A stretch of DNA of 64,000 nucleotides, from the NCBI GenBank assembly GCA_050084985.1, contig JBITNC010000001.1:73098001-73162000 (forward strand). The letters run 5' to 3'. Position 1 is the first letter of the stretch. The number at the start of each line of letters is the position of its first letter. Made by a program: the position numbers and the translations under genes. Below the pieces are notes generated by a model. That model was not told the DNA's origin and ran no database searches. It saw only the letters and a program-made list of their open reading frames with translations. This DNA comes from Nageia nagi (lineage: Eukaryota > Plantae > Pinophyta). This document shows, one piece after another, positions 1 through 13,854 of this stretch.

Positions 1-2750
1 TGCCCATCTTGAGAATGGCCATAATGATTACATGGGTTGTAACATATGTGATGGTTGATTAAATAGATTAGCATGTTGTTGATATTTAACACACTTTCTA
101 ATGTATTCCATGCAATCATGTTCTATAGTAGGCTAGTAATATCCCATATGCATTAATCATTTTGTGATTATAGAGCCACTAAAATGTCCTCCACATATTC
201 CATCATGTGTGCATGAAATAGTAATTTATGAATTAGCCCACTCTAAATATCTGATCAATATCCTATCAAAACCCCTATGGTATAAGACATCTCCTATCAT
301 GCAAAAGTGAAAAGCTTTTATCTTGAATGCTTTCTAATATGATTTTGTTAAGTCTTTAGGTAGTACCCCATATCTTAAGAATTTGAACAATTATGTATGC
401 CATAAATTTTTGTCTTCAATTGCAATGTATTAGACAACATGTTCAACTTCATCTAATTCTATTGAGGATTGAATGATTTGAATAATTTCAATAGGAATCA
501 TTTTTTTATTAGGGTTTATGAGCATTAAAGATCCAATGGAAGCCATAGCATCAGCAAACTTATTAGTTGATCATGGTGCTACTTCTAAATCATATTTTTC
601 AAAATATAATAAAAGATTATTCACTAATCTCTTATATTTTTGCAACAAAGGTACCTTACATTGGAATATTTCTTTGACCTAATTCATGATTAACAATAAA
701 TCACCAATGAATTTTACTTTTTTCAATTTTAATTTTATTGTAGTTTTAATAGCTAAGATTAAGGCTTCATACTTAGCATTATTGTTCATACAAGGAGAAT
801 TAAGTTTAAATGAATAGGGTATGGAACCCCTTGGTTGTAACAAAAACAACATCAGCACCCCTGCTTTGCTCACATCTCGACCCATCAAAATATATTACCA
901 TATCCCAATCTTCTTTAGATTCTACAAGAATTTCCATTTCATATAATTGAAATACATGTTCATTTGGTAATTCTATGGTGAGTGCATTATCATTAGATAA
1001 TGGTGCTTCAATGAGGTACTCAGCTATGACTTGTCCTTTAATTGATTTTTGACTCATGAAAATTAAGTCAAATTTAGTTAGATGCATGATCCATTTAGAT
1101 GTTCTTGCATTTTGATAAGTTTTAATCATCATGTATTTCAAAGAGTCAGCTTTAGCAATTACAGATGTGGTATGGTTTAGCATGTAATATCATAATTTTT
1201 TGATTGCAAATACTACTGCTAAACACAACTTCTCCAAATACATGTATTTAATCTCATAACCAACTAAATTTTGACTAAGGTAATATATTGCTTGTTCTTA
1301 ACTATTCTCATTCTTTTGAGCAATTATGGTTCTTAATGTTGTTTTTGCAGTTAATATATATAGTATAAATGGTTCTCCAATATTAGGTGGTACTAGAATG
1401 GGTGGTGAAAGAAGATAGTGCTTAATCTCATCAAATGCCTCTTATTGTTCATTACCCTAGTGAAAGATAATACCCTTCTTCAAAATTTTGTTAAAAGGTT
1501 TACAATTATTTGATAACTATGAAATGAAACATCTTATGGCCTACAACTTGCCTTGTAGGCTTTGTATTTGTTTTATAGTTGGGGGGGGGGGGGGGGACAT
1601 ATTTGTTATTGCTTTTATTTTGTTAAGATCTACTTCATTCCCTCGTCTAGAGACAATGAAACCTAATAATTTCCCAAATGTTACCCCAAAAACATAATTC
1701 TTTGGGTTCAATCAAATTTTATATTCTAGTAACCTATCAAATATTTTAATGAACACTTTGGGGTGATCCTCTTGTGTTTTTTATTTATTGAGAATATCAT
1801 CTACATAATCTTCTATGATATCATGCATGTAATCATGGAAGATGCATGTCATGGCTCTTTGATAGGTAGCTCTAGCATTTTTTTATCTAAAAGGCATTAC
1901 TCTATAATAGAACATTCCCCATGGTGTTGTGAATGCAATTTTATGTGGTATTCTGATGCTACTTTAATTTGCTTGTACCCTAAAAACCCATCCATGAGTG
2001 ACAACATTTTGTGTCCTATGGTAGAATCAACCAAGCTATCCATGTTTGGTAGGGGAAAGTCATCCTTAGGACATGATTTATTTATATCCCTAAAATTTGT
2101 GCATATTCAAATCTTCCCCATGGATTTCTTAATTGGTACCATATTAGAAATCCAATCAAAGTAATCAATTGGGTGAATAAACTTGGCTTCCAAAATTTTT
2201 TGCAACTCCTCTTTTATTATTAAGGTGATTGTAGAATGCATTTTTTATAATTTTTGTTTAATAGGTTTTGCACCTTCTTTTAAACCAAGGTTATGTACTA
2301 CTAAATTGGGATCAAGCCTAGGCATATCAACATATGACCATGCGAATATTTTCTATTTTTCCTTAAGTATTGTAATGAACTCTTTTCTCTCATTTTTTGG
2401 TAAGGAATTTTCCTAATTGAATTATTTTGGGGATATTAGGTTCATTACTTAAATTAATTTCAATGGTTTCTTCAATTAACATGTGATATCCCTCTTTTAA
2501 TTGGTTAGGTATTGGAATCCAATTACTATCATTGGCATTATATTCTTCATCCTCAGCTTCATATTGATCTTCCAAAGTAGTATTGATATTCAAGTTTGTA
2601 GTCTGTAATATTGTATCTATGTCTTTGAAATATTGGATTATAGGTTGTTCATAAATTAATGTAAAATTTGTAGTTTCTTCATCTACCAGAAAGTATGAAG
2701 AAGAAATATTTGAATTTTTTGAACCTATCATCTCAAACTCATCAAACTCA
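1..2750 (-). mobile_element. Degenerate Ty3/gypsy (Tat/Ogre-like) pol: RT, RNase H, additional RNase H, start of integrase
   Basis: Minus-strand translation gives RT DYVDD near 1797-1811, connection/RNase H (SKWIMHLTKFDL...KSIKGQVIAEYL) and a second RNase HI-like domain (YFDGS...CMNNNAKYEALILAI). Many stops and frameshifts. Confidence 0.88.
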
Positions 2751-2860
2751 TTACTTCCAAACCAAACAAACTAATCACTTATAGACCAATTAAAGTTCAT
2801 TACCGATTTTAGTAATAAAAAGTGAAAAAAAGAAAAAAGAGTTCATTTACTCCTTTCCTA

Positions 2861-4334
2861 TTGCACCCATTTTGATCACCTAAAATCCCCTTTCTACGCA
2901 AAGGGAGAGCATAGATGGGTGTAATGGAAAGTATTAAGTTATTTTATTTGTCATTTCCAAAACCCACAAGATAAATCATTCATATGACTTATTTAAATAA
3001 AACAAATGAATAATGCATATTCCTTAATCATGCATCTACCCTTCCTACATACAATCTAGGCAAAAGGAATCATAAACAAGGGGTTATTTTCCATTTTTCA
3101 TTTTTTAAAACCTAAATTACACTTCCAACATTCATGAAATTTGAAATTTATACCTTCTATTTTGAGTTGATGATGTTTTAGATTTTCACACAAATTCATT
3201 GGAAATCTAGTATAAATCATTGGCATTTCAAACAAATTGCTAGCATTCCAATACAAATAATTGATGTTTAAGACAAATATCTAGTGTTTCAATTTAAATC
3301 ACTTGCACCTAATGAATATAGTCAATGATCACACAAATAAAAAACACATAATAGCAAATAGAAAATAGTATGATATTTAGTAATGATTCCACAAACTCAA
3401 AAGATAAAAAATGAAATATAAATAGCAAGAAATACCCCATGCACCTCATCTTTGGTGTAGCCTATGTGTGAGGGTTCTTCTTCTAGCACCAAAATGCTTA
3501 CTCAAAAAATAAACCTACAAGCATGCAAAAATAAAAATTGTCACAACCAATAGAAACTCTTTATTAATCTTTGAATAAACCTCAATTTTGATTACAAGTT
3601 GCCTTGCAATAGAGGGCTTCTATACAATGTGTAATATAGGCCTCTTGGAGGCCTTCCTTTGCTGATGTATTCAAGCTCTATATACCATTTAATTGCACCT
3701 ACAACAAGAATAATTTTGATTGCTTCTTTCTTGCTAACTCCCTGGCTTCTTTTTGCTTTGATCACTTGCTAGTCTTGGAATCCTACACATACATAGGCCA
3801 AGAACCCATCAAACATACCTGCTCATGCTCTAATATTATAATAAATAAATATGAAATAAACATGCATATAAGCAAAAAAAATAAACTAAAATGTACTTAG
3901 CAATCTGGATATAATTCAGCAACGTAAGGTTGCATTTCATCTTCTCACACCCCCTTTTTCTCTATGGGAGGGTCTTATTTATAGATTTTCTAAGGTACTA
4001 TTAGTTGCTATTATGGAAGGCAAGATCAGATGAAAAAATCTCATCGAACCTTGTCATGGAATATATTTGCACAAAAAAAATATGCAATCAAGGATGACTC
4101 ATCCTTGATCTATTAGCTTGTTTCCTTGGGTGCCTGATTTTTCTATTTTTTTCTTTGTGTTTTCTATTTTTAAGATCACTAGCGATTATCTATCAGGCAC
4201 CAATGACTAGGTATGATTGCCAATGATTGTACTGGATCATCAATGACTAGGATACTTTGGCAAACTTTATTATTTACCTACAATTTTATTCCCCTCTTTC
4301 ATTTGTTGAAAGAGGGGTCATTTTTAGGTGTCGA
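2861..4334 (-). repeat. Probable gypsy LTR remnant
   Basis: Non-coding stretch next to the pol remnant. Its minus-strand start GACACCTAAAAATGACCCCTC and end AAAATGGGTGCAA resemble Tat/Ogre LTR termini. No partner LTR in the window. Confidence 0.4.
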
Positions 4335-4704
4335 AATCAAGAGTCAATGCATAATAGAATATCAACAAGCCAAGCATGAATATGGATGAAAGATATTTTC
4401 TTGAGTGATAATAAGATTCCAATCCTAATGAGAAATGTTTAGAAACACCTAAGTGTAGGGTACTGATTATCGAGATATAATCTTAACAAGCTTTTCTAGG
4501 TTAGAGATACTTACATTTATATCAAGCGTGAGATTACCATTTGACCCCTCTAGTATAGGTTCAATTCATTTCAATGTACCTAACATAAGAATAAGAACAC
4601 AACTTGAGAAATATATAATAATAAGCTAAAATATGATTGAAATATGATAAATCATGTATGTAATGTTACACCTAATTTGGACCATGTTAAGGGGACCACT
4701 TTTA

Positions 4705-5400
4705 GGTGTTAAGACCATCATCTTTGTATTTTATTTTGAAAATTCATTTACATCCAATGGCCTTCTTTCTAGGAGGATGTCTTACCAACTTCCATGTACT
4801 ATTTTTTATTAATGCATCATTCTCAACCTTCATACATGATGTCTAATGTGATAGCTTGATGGCTTCATGAATCATTTCAGGTTCGGGAGTATTCACCATT
4901 GTGCTCATTAGTGTCAAGTTCACTTCCTCACGATCCATGCTTTTTGTTCTTATTCGAGAAGTAGGAGTTTCTAGTGGAGCACTCAAGTTTGAATCCTATA
5001 GTGTATTATGGTACCATTTATGTCTTATGATATTATCAAGTGGCAAATTTATAATTGGATATTCTCTCTCATCATCTTCATCATCAAGATTAATAATTGG
5101 TCCATTGTTAATTTTAGGTACTACTGCAAGTGGACTAAATGAAGATTCATTAGTCTCATCAGAAATTACATCTTTGGTTATATAAGTCTTCCAATTATTA
5201 GGATCCATGAGTTTATATCCTTAAGATTTTCTATTTACAATGTTTGTATAATTTTTCCAAATGTGGGCAATAGAATTGATATGGTTGATTATTCTAACCA
5301 ATAGGAATGGTCATTAACTCAAATGGATCTAGATGATGTTGCCAGATTTTGAAAAAACATGAGATAGCTTGATATTAATGAATTCCATGAAACTAGAAAG
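4705..5400 (-). mobile_element. Ty1/copia pol fragment (post-integrase SH3-like region and RT start)
   Basis: GYKLMDPNNWKTYITKDVISDE (copia GYxLxDP...SRDVxFDE) followed by ALIKNSTWKLV...KAIGCK*IFKIK. Confidence 0.75.
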
Positions 5401-7129
5401 TATCTGATTGATCATCAAATGTGATAGTCTTTAAAGGGTATGCTTTGGTAATAGTTTGGATGCATTCCTAGAAAATGCATTAAGAATGAAGTCCTTCGAG
5501 TTTCAAGAACATTGTAAAACTAAAAGTGTGTCACCAAAAGTATTTTTCCTAGTGGCTAATCAGCTCTTATAAATGAAAATTAGGATTTTAAAATTTTAAA
5601 ATTGGCTAATATGTGGACCCTCAAAAGGGGGGCATTCTCCCTAAAATTATAGTAAGTAATAATTTTTTGTATCCAATCGTAAAAAAAGTCAACATATGGT
5701 ATGTATCCAATTATACCTTTTATTTTAAAGGCTATAATTTCACAAAATTTTGAAACTAATTTGCCTTAGTTTATACAATTTTTTTTGTGTCAATCCTTAG
5801 TAATAACCCTATTTGTTGGGTTTTGAGAAAGTTCATTTATCTTGAAGTAGGCTATATTATGATAAAATGTACTAGTAAAGAGTTTCATCAGGTTTTGGGA
5901 AAATGAATGAATAAAACATCATCGAACTCCAAAAAATTTCTCTTTAATGAAGTTGCTACCCTTCTAGATGTCTTTGAAACATCTCAAACATGTCAAAACT
6001 TAGTCATTGAGGGAATAACTTCCCTACTTAATGCAAGTTGCAATTTTTATAATATTTTGCCCCCTTTCATTGACTATTTTGAATAATCAAAATAGTCAAT
6101 GAACCATATAATAGAAATTAAATAGACAACATGCATTGAGCAAGGGTGGTATGGGATGGTAAATAACTCATAAATATCCTTTTAACCATGCAAAATGATC
6201 TTCAAGTATCAATCAGTCAAAAAACTCAAATCTTGTTGGCTAACTCATACTCTTACTGATTGTACTCCTTTACTCATCCATCACACTTATCAGGAAACCT
6301 CATTTTCTAGATGTAGATAGTTCATGGGGATCCTAAATCTAAATACTAATCAATGATTTATAAAGAAAACTCTTTTAACATTCCCTTGATTGATTTTCAA
6401 CCAAAAATATACTAGAAAACATGATAGTATTAAAAATATAATGGTCTAATAACCAAAATTATGGGACAACTCTTCTAACAAAGAATATTATAGTTAGGTA
6501 CTTGTAAAGTAGTCATGATAGTAATCAAGTAATTATAGTAGTTTGAGTTATCATATATTATGGTGTGAATAGATGGTAATTAGTTGCTTGGGATGTAGGA
6601 CTTCATAGGTAATGGTAAAATATCAGAGGTTTATTCAAAAGATATATAAATCTGAAGCATACCCCCTAGTGTTACCAAAATAGATCTACCTCTATTTTAG
6701 AATATAGCTAATTACTCATATCAACCTTTTTGGTATTTAATAACCATTCATGTTTCTAAGAATAACTCTATAAGGTATTTTTCAATTCAATGAGAAAAGA
6801 ACAAAATATTACCTTAGAAAGTAGAATGTACAACTTTTAGGAATCAGGTGAGGGTAGGGTGGGTGTACCTCTCCAAGAAAATCCATTTTGTGTGACTTTT
6901 ATTAGTAATATTCAAACATGAAAACCTAGAATAAGATAAGTTTAAAACACATTGGATCTACTTCTAATCTAAAATTTTATATACAAATCCTACAATTTGT
7001 AGAACTGTAGAAGATGATATCGAATACAGGAACCTTCTAATGATATCTTTATTGATCCAGTATTCTAGTAATTATGTCAAAGACAATAACTAATCTTTAA
7101 AAGATGAATTCCAAATATCCCCCAATATT

Positions 7130-10100
7130 TCTTAGGTCCAAAATATTTGCTTATGTTGTGCCACATACACTTCTTCAACATAGCCATTAAGGAATGCACT
7201 TTTCACATCCATGTGATGCACATTCCAATGATTATGGGAATCCAATGAAAGCACCATTTGGATTGTCTCTTGCCTTACAATATGAGCAAAAGTCTCCTAA
7301 TATATGTCATACTTTTATGTGAACCCTTTTGCAACCAATTGTGCTTTGTACCTTTCAATGGAACCATCACTATTCCTCTTGATCTTGTAGATCCATTTAA
7401 ATCCAATGCATTTCCTATTTTGGGGCAGCTCACATAACTCCCATGTGTCATTCTTGATAATGGAAGAAATCTCTTCATTCATAGCCTTCATCCACACTTT
7501 GTTAGAACATGCTTGTTCAAAACAACAAGGCTCATAATCATCAAATTTAGTAACTTTATAAGAACTAGAAACATGATCATTGGAATTAGAATCCATTAAA
7601 GTATAATTTACCACATCACCCTTGGGCTCACCATTATCTTCATCTCTTAACATTTGCAAATTTTCTAGGCTTTACAAAGTAGCATATAGTTCCTTATGTT
7701 GACTCCTTTTCAACCTTCTAGAAAAAATTTGGTCCAACATTTGAGAGAGGGATGATATTTTAACACATTTTTACCTTTTATTGACTGATTTACACTTGCA
7801 ATTGGTGATGAAGGTGAAGAAGAACCATGTTGTGGACTTGAAGATCCCATTTATGAAGAGGGATCAAATCTAGGTTGAACTTGATTGTGTGAAACATGGC
7901 TAGGCCGAATACTTCCTTGGTCATTTGAAGCATTTTCTTCAAACATACCATCATCAACAACAACCTTTTGATATTTTTTATACTTCCAACTTCCCCCTTC
8001 ATCAAAAATGGTATCTCTAGACACTATAACTTTGTGAGAAATTGGATTAAAAAATCTATAAGCTTTGGATTGTTCGCTATAGAAAATAAAAATACAATTC
8101 TCACTCTTAGAATCAAGATTTTTTCTATTCTCATCATTCACATGAACATAAGCAAGACAACCAAAAACTTTAAAATATTTCACACTTAGCTTCTTTCTGA
8201 GCTAACTCTCATAAGGAGTAATATTTTTCAAACTCCTTGTATGACTCCTATTTAAAATATAAATAGCAATCTAGATAGCTTCATCCTAATAAAAATTACA
8301 CAAACCTTTTGTGTGCATCATACACCTTGCCACCAAAGTCTAGTTCTTTCTTTCAACCACTGCATTGTGTTGAGGTGTGTATGGTGAAGTCAATTGCCTC
8401 TTAATGTTGAAATCTCTACAAAATGTCATAAAATCATTAGATAAAAACTCACCACCATGATTAGTTCTTAAACACTTAGTTGTATGCCCACATTGGTTCT
8501 CAACACTAGCTTTAAAAGTCTTGAAGCACTCAAATGCCTCATATTTGTGTTTAAGAAAGAATACCAAATAATATCTTGAAAAATCATCAATAAAGGTGAG
8601 AAAATAATAAGCTTTACCCATACTTTATGTTTACATTGGTCCATAAATATCACTATGCACCAATTGTAGAAGAGATTGGTCCCTTCATGCTTCATTATTT
8701 GGAAAATACCCCCTTACATGTTTTTCAAATCACACCCTTCCCACACTTTATTAGTATCTTGGACCTTCAAAAAATCATAAACAAGTGTAGACAAAAGCTT
8801 TAAACTCTAAAAATTCACATGTTCAAACCTCAAATGCCATAACTATCATCAATGCTCACACAAGTAAAACCTCCCCCTTGCTCCACAAACTTGATGGGAA
8901 AAAGCTTATTTTTATTTCATTTTTACTATAGTGACCAACCTTTCACCTCTATTCTTATTATATATCTTGCACATTTTATCTTCACAAACCAATTTAAAAT
9001 TATTTTTCAGCATTTTTCCAACACTTAAAAAATATTATTTCAAATTAGGATCAAAACGAATACTTTTTACCTTCATAGTACCTTTCTTAGTAGGAACCAA
9101 CATTTCCCCCTTTACAATCACCTCCAAATATTTTTCATCCACAAGTTTGATGCTAGAACTAAATGAATGATCAAGATATGATAGAAGCTCCTTCTTTCTG
9201 GTCATGTGGTGTGAACAACCACTATCAAGAACCCAAGTTTCATCCTTTTCTTCTTGTGAAAGAAGTGCTTTGGCTCCATGATTCTCCTCTTGAAAAATAG
9301 AAAGAAACAAGGCATCTTCTTCATAGGAATATTCTTCTCCATAATCTTCATAGGAATATTCTTTCCCATAATTCATTGATGTATTATTTTGCGAGACTTG
9401 TTTAATCCTACACTCTCTCTCAAAATGGCCAAATTTGTTATAATGATAGCATTGCACATTCCTCTTGTCTCTTCCTCCACCTCTTGTAATATATCACCCT
9501 TTAGTACTTGCATTTACACTATTTTCTTAATCACCATATGAAATTTAATCTCTTCCTCTTCCTTTTCTAGAAGAGCCTCTTCTTCCTCCTCTTTCATTTC
9601 GACCTCTACCTTGACCTCTTCCATTAGTATTATCATTCTCTCTAGTTAAGAAAGATTGTTCTTCACTTGTACCAACATTTAACCTTCTTAAAAATCTCTC
9701 TTCTTGAGATTTGAGAGATCCAACCAATTGATCAAACTCCATAGTGGAAAGATCTTTGGTTTCTTCAATTACAAGAGCCACATTGTCTCATTTTGGCAAT
9801 AAAAGTCCACAAGAATTTTTTAATTACCAAGGATTTGTCCAAATCATCACCAAGGGTGGCCATTTTGTTCACTATGGATTTTAGCCTTACACAATAATCA
9901 CCCACACTCACATTTTCATATTGTATGAGACTCTCAAAATCTCTTCTAAGGGTTTGAGCTTCACCTTCTTCACTTTGACACTTCCTTGGTATCCTTCTTT
10001 CAAGGTTTTCCCTGCATCAATCATGATTTTGTGGGTTGAAATTCTTGGACAAATTCTCTTATCAAGAGCATCTTGGATATGTGACAGCCAAAAAATTCTT

Positions 10101-10945
10101 TTATCAAGAGCATCTTGGATATGTGACAAAGCCAAAAAATTCTTCTTCTTCTTCTCTTTGGTTTCCTTCTTTGTATCTTCACTTAAGACACTCCAATCAT
10201 CTGGCTCTTTGTATCCATCTTCAATAATGTCCCATAATTATTTACCTTTCAAGAGATTCATCACCTAAATGCTCCAATATTCATAATATAATCCATCAAA
10301 TTTTTGGATTGGTATTGAGTTTGAGATATTTTCCATGATAGCAAGTCTTCAACATAACTTGGATCTACAAAAGAAATTCTTTCCAAACCTTTTTGCAAAA
10401 TACTCATAATTTTTAAACCTAACAAAACTTAATATGGATCTACTTATTCGGATACCAAAGTGAAGTTTTAATTACTTTATGATAATGTAAAAGACTTATA
10501 GAATCATCATACATTCACATTTGCATTACACAATTAGAAAATTGACACAAATTTGGAAAATATAGTGCAATTATTGCTATGACATTTTGTCAAATAATTT
10601 GCTTTACAAGTATAGGGTGCAATTTACAATTTACACCAAATGATTACACAATCCAACCCAAAAAAAATTTTGGAACTCTTATTTATACATATTGATGCTA
10701 ACCAAATGAAAATAGTAAATAAAATGAACTAAAAAATATGAGAAACTAAAGTGAAACTACTTGGCAGTTTGCCTAAACTGCCTAGGAACTGACAACCTAA
10801 AACGTGATCGTGTTTCAAGCCAAATGTGTTGGGTGGGTGCATTTCCCAAACATGGTAGTGTTTTATTTTCAAATGCAGTGGGGGATTGCATTTTGTCAAT
10901 AAACACTTGTTTTCAAGTTTTGAGCTCAAATTTTAGATCCTAACA
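7130..10945 (-). mobile_element. 3'-truncated Ty1/copia retrotransposon: 5' LTR, PBS, gag-PR-IN-partial RT
   Basis: gag zinc knuckle (CYHYNKFGHFEREC), protease WVLDSGCSHHM, integrase (TFIDDFSR...GGEF...PYTPQHNAVVERKN), RT (KNDTWEL; HMDVKSAFLNG). Disrupted by stops and frameshifts. Confidence 0.93.
10461..10945 (-). repeat. 5' LTR of the copia element; tRNA-Met-type PBS at 10446-10457
   Basis: Minus strand reads TGTTAG...CTTCA followed by TGGTATCCGAAT, upstream of gag. Confidence 0.75.
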
Positions 10946-13854
10946 AGGTTTGTTTGCAATACTTAAGGCATCTATCTTAAGATTGGTAACGTTCATACAA
11001 AGATAAACACATCAATATGGATACCTTTCGACATTTTAATGTATGTATTTTAGATGTATAAGCTAATAGCACCCTTAAAAAAGTGTAATTTTAATAATAT
11101 TTCTATAACAATAAATATTATATTTATTATACTTCTATATGATAATATTAAATATTATGTATTTGAGTATTTAATAAATAAATATTAAAAAAAATCATTA
11201 AATAACATTTTGCATAAATATAAAACTAAACATGCATCAATTAAATGATAATGAATATCATAATGAGAATTAGTAGAGCTAGTGATAAGATCAATGAATT
11301 AAATTTTTTTTTAAATAAATATTATTGTTCCAATAATTTAAGTCTTTCTTCTTGATCTTTCCTTTTAAAACTCATTTTCTTGTCTTTAGTTTTTCATATT
11401 CATATGGAAATGGTAGTGAGATTCTTAATCCATCCAAGGATATGGTGTTGAGATTCAATGTGTTAGACTTATGATTTATATATTGTCAAATCTCATGCAA
11501 GATGTAATGAAAATTGTTATACACATGACCTTTATATAAGTTTAGTAAGAATAATATAAGTGATTATGCATCAAATTGTACCTTATGTAATTATCAAAAT
11601 CTACAATAACATATGTTGCTAGATATAGAGGTGCACTTCTAGATTTGTATATTATACTTTAAAGATACCTTAAAGCATCATTTACTAGCCTATTACCAAT
11701 CCATTATTTCATATTTAATACCACTCTTGCATCCTTATCATCAAAATTTCAATTTACAATTCATCATTATTGTTTTCTCTTGTATTACTAATCCATGTTT
11801 TCATATCAATGTAACCTACAATCGAATGATGTGGTTAATATAATTTATTTTTGTTATAACTTTATACATTATAATTTATTGAAAATATATGTATATATTC
11901 TTCAAACTCATTTCTATAATTTATATTAGGAGATAAGTTTATTCTTTTCACCAACAAGAAGTTGGATTCGCATCTCTAATATTTGTGAAAAATTATCAAA
12001 TCTTCATTATTTATTATTATCACCATGTTATCAAAAAACTATTCAAGAGTTAATATGGTAGAAAATAATTTCCACAATAGCTTTTTATATGTTTCACTTA
12101 CATATGGATTTCTATTCATAATAAAATATGATTATCCTCCCACTAAAATAATTGATCACCCTCCAAAATATATATTATGATATTAGGAAAATGCTTGATG
12201 AAGTCATGAACCTATATGTTCAAGCATTTTGTGACTAATGAAGCTTATATTATTAATCAAAATATACTTATAAGTATTTATGAACTTGAATCATGTTTTC
12301 ACCCAATTATGCAATTTTACTTGAGCATTATTCTCATACCCATAACCTTGTAGATGAAAGCATATAAAACAAGAATGATCATATTTTTAGCAATACCCTT
12401 GAACCCCATATGTACCTAAGAAAACCTTAAATTGTAGGATAAGCATATATTTTTCCTAATTAGTGTGTCTATTAAATATATTTTTTTAGGCCTCAAATAC
12501 CACCTTGACCATTTCCATAGGTTTTGCGATATCCCTAGGTTCTATATTTGAGCCTCCAAGCACTTCATGCTTGAAGTTTGGGGGAAGTTGAGGGCCTTTC
12601 CTAACCTACGTATAATCTAATATTGATTTGATATATTTTTTAGTTGGAGTATTACATAAGGATTTCTATAACAGGGTAAGTACAGGAAGATGGGTCCATA
12701 AAATGGCTAAAAAGTGGACATATTTTCCTTGATTTTTAGGTTTCATCATAATTGATCTCAACTTTTGAATTCCTTAGAGATAGAATCTTGAAAAATATCA
12801 CTAGGATGAAAATGTAGTGCTTGGAGTGTAGTTTCCAAATATGTAATTTATTGCAATACCTAGTTGATAGAAATTGATTTATGATAGGTACTTCTAAAAG
12901 CTATTATTTAAATTGTATCATTTTATGAGCATACCATGGTCTTCTATGAAAAGCATAATTTGACCTAAAATATAATTATTTTTTAAATCCTTTTGTAAAA
13001 AGATACCTAACACATTGAAGATTGTGTAGGATATTTTTTCATGAATATGTTTTTTTATTAATTTTTTACTAGTCGTAATTGTTATTTCAAAAAGTACAAA
13101 TCTACAGCATGCATAATTTGACATAGAATTATCATTTTTTAATTTTTTTATTTAATAGAGAATTGTATGTAGATTATTGACAGATAATTATTTTTCTTAA
13201 TTCCCCCAAAAACAAAAGTTATTAAAAAAGTCATAAAACCTAATTTTTTGAGTTTAAGGATGAGTTTCAATGAAAATTACTTTATAAATAGGAAATATAA
13301 TCAAATTGTTAAAAAAATTACATATTTATAATATAGACTCTTTGACCTGTAATGGATTTTAATTTCATGAAAAAACTTCTCAAAACACTAGATCTAACAT
13401 ATGTTAGAAGTCTATATTTGTCCCTACCACTACCATGAACAAGAAGGTGTAGGTCCAAGGCTAATACTTGGTCCACCAAGCCTTTTCCAAACCTAGGGCC
13501 GAACCTAAATTCAAATAATGAAATTTCATTATGTTTTTCATTAAAAATAATAAAATTTCATTACAAACAAAATTTTATTCTAGTTGTACCCATTATTGTC
13601 AACAATACTTTGGATAGTACTTTATCCAAATTATGCATCATTCTATCTAAACCTTGCATCACCAATAGCTTCAAAAGTGACATTTTTGCAATTTTATAAT
13701 GCAAAATTATTGAGAAGGTCTTTAGAATCCATTTTTTTATCTCTTATCAAAGGTGGTAACTATTTGTAGGATTTTTGAACGTGAAATATGAATATTTAAT
13801 GGTGAAAGAAAGTGTTTCCAATATTTGATTTTGAAGAAATTCTTGAGTAATCAC

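Noticed and set aside
1581-1596. G16 homopolymer
   Set aside because: Slippage expansion of a Pro-codon run in dead gypsy pol; no evidence of function.
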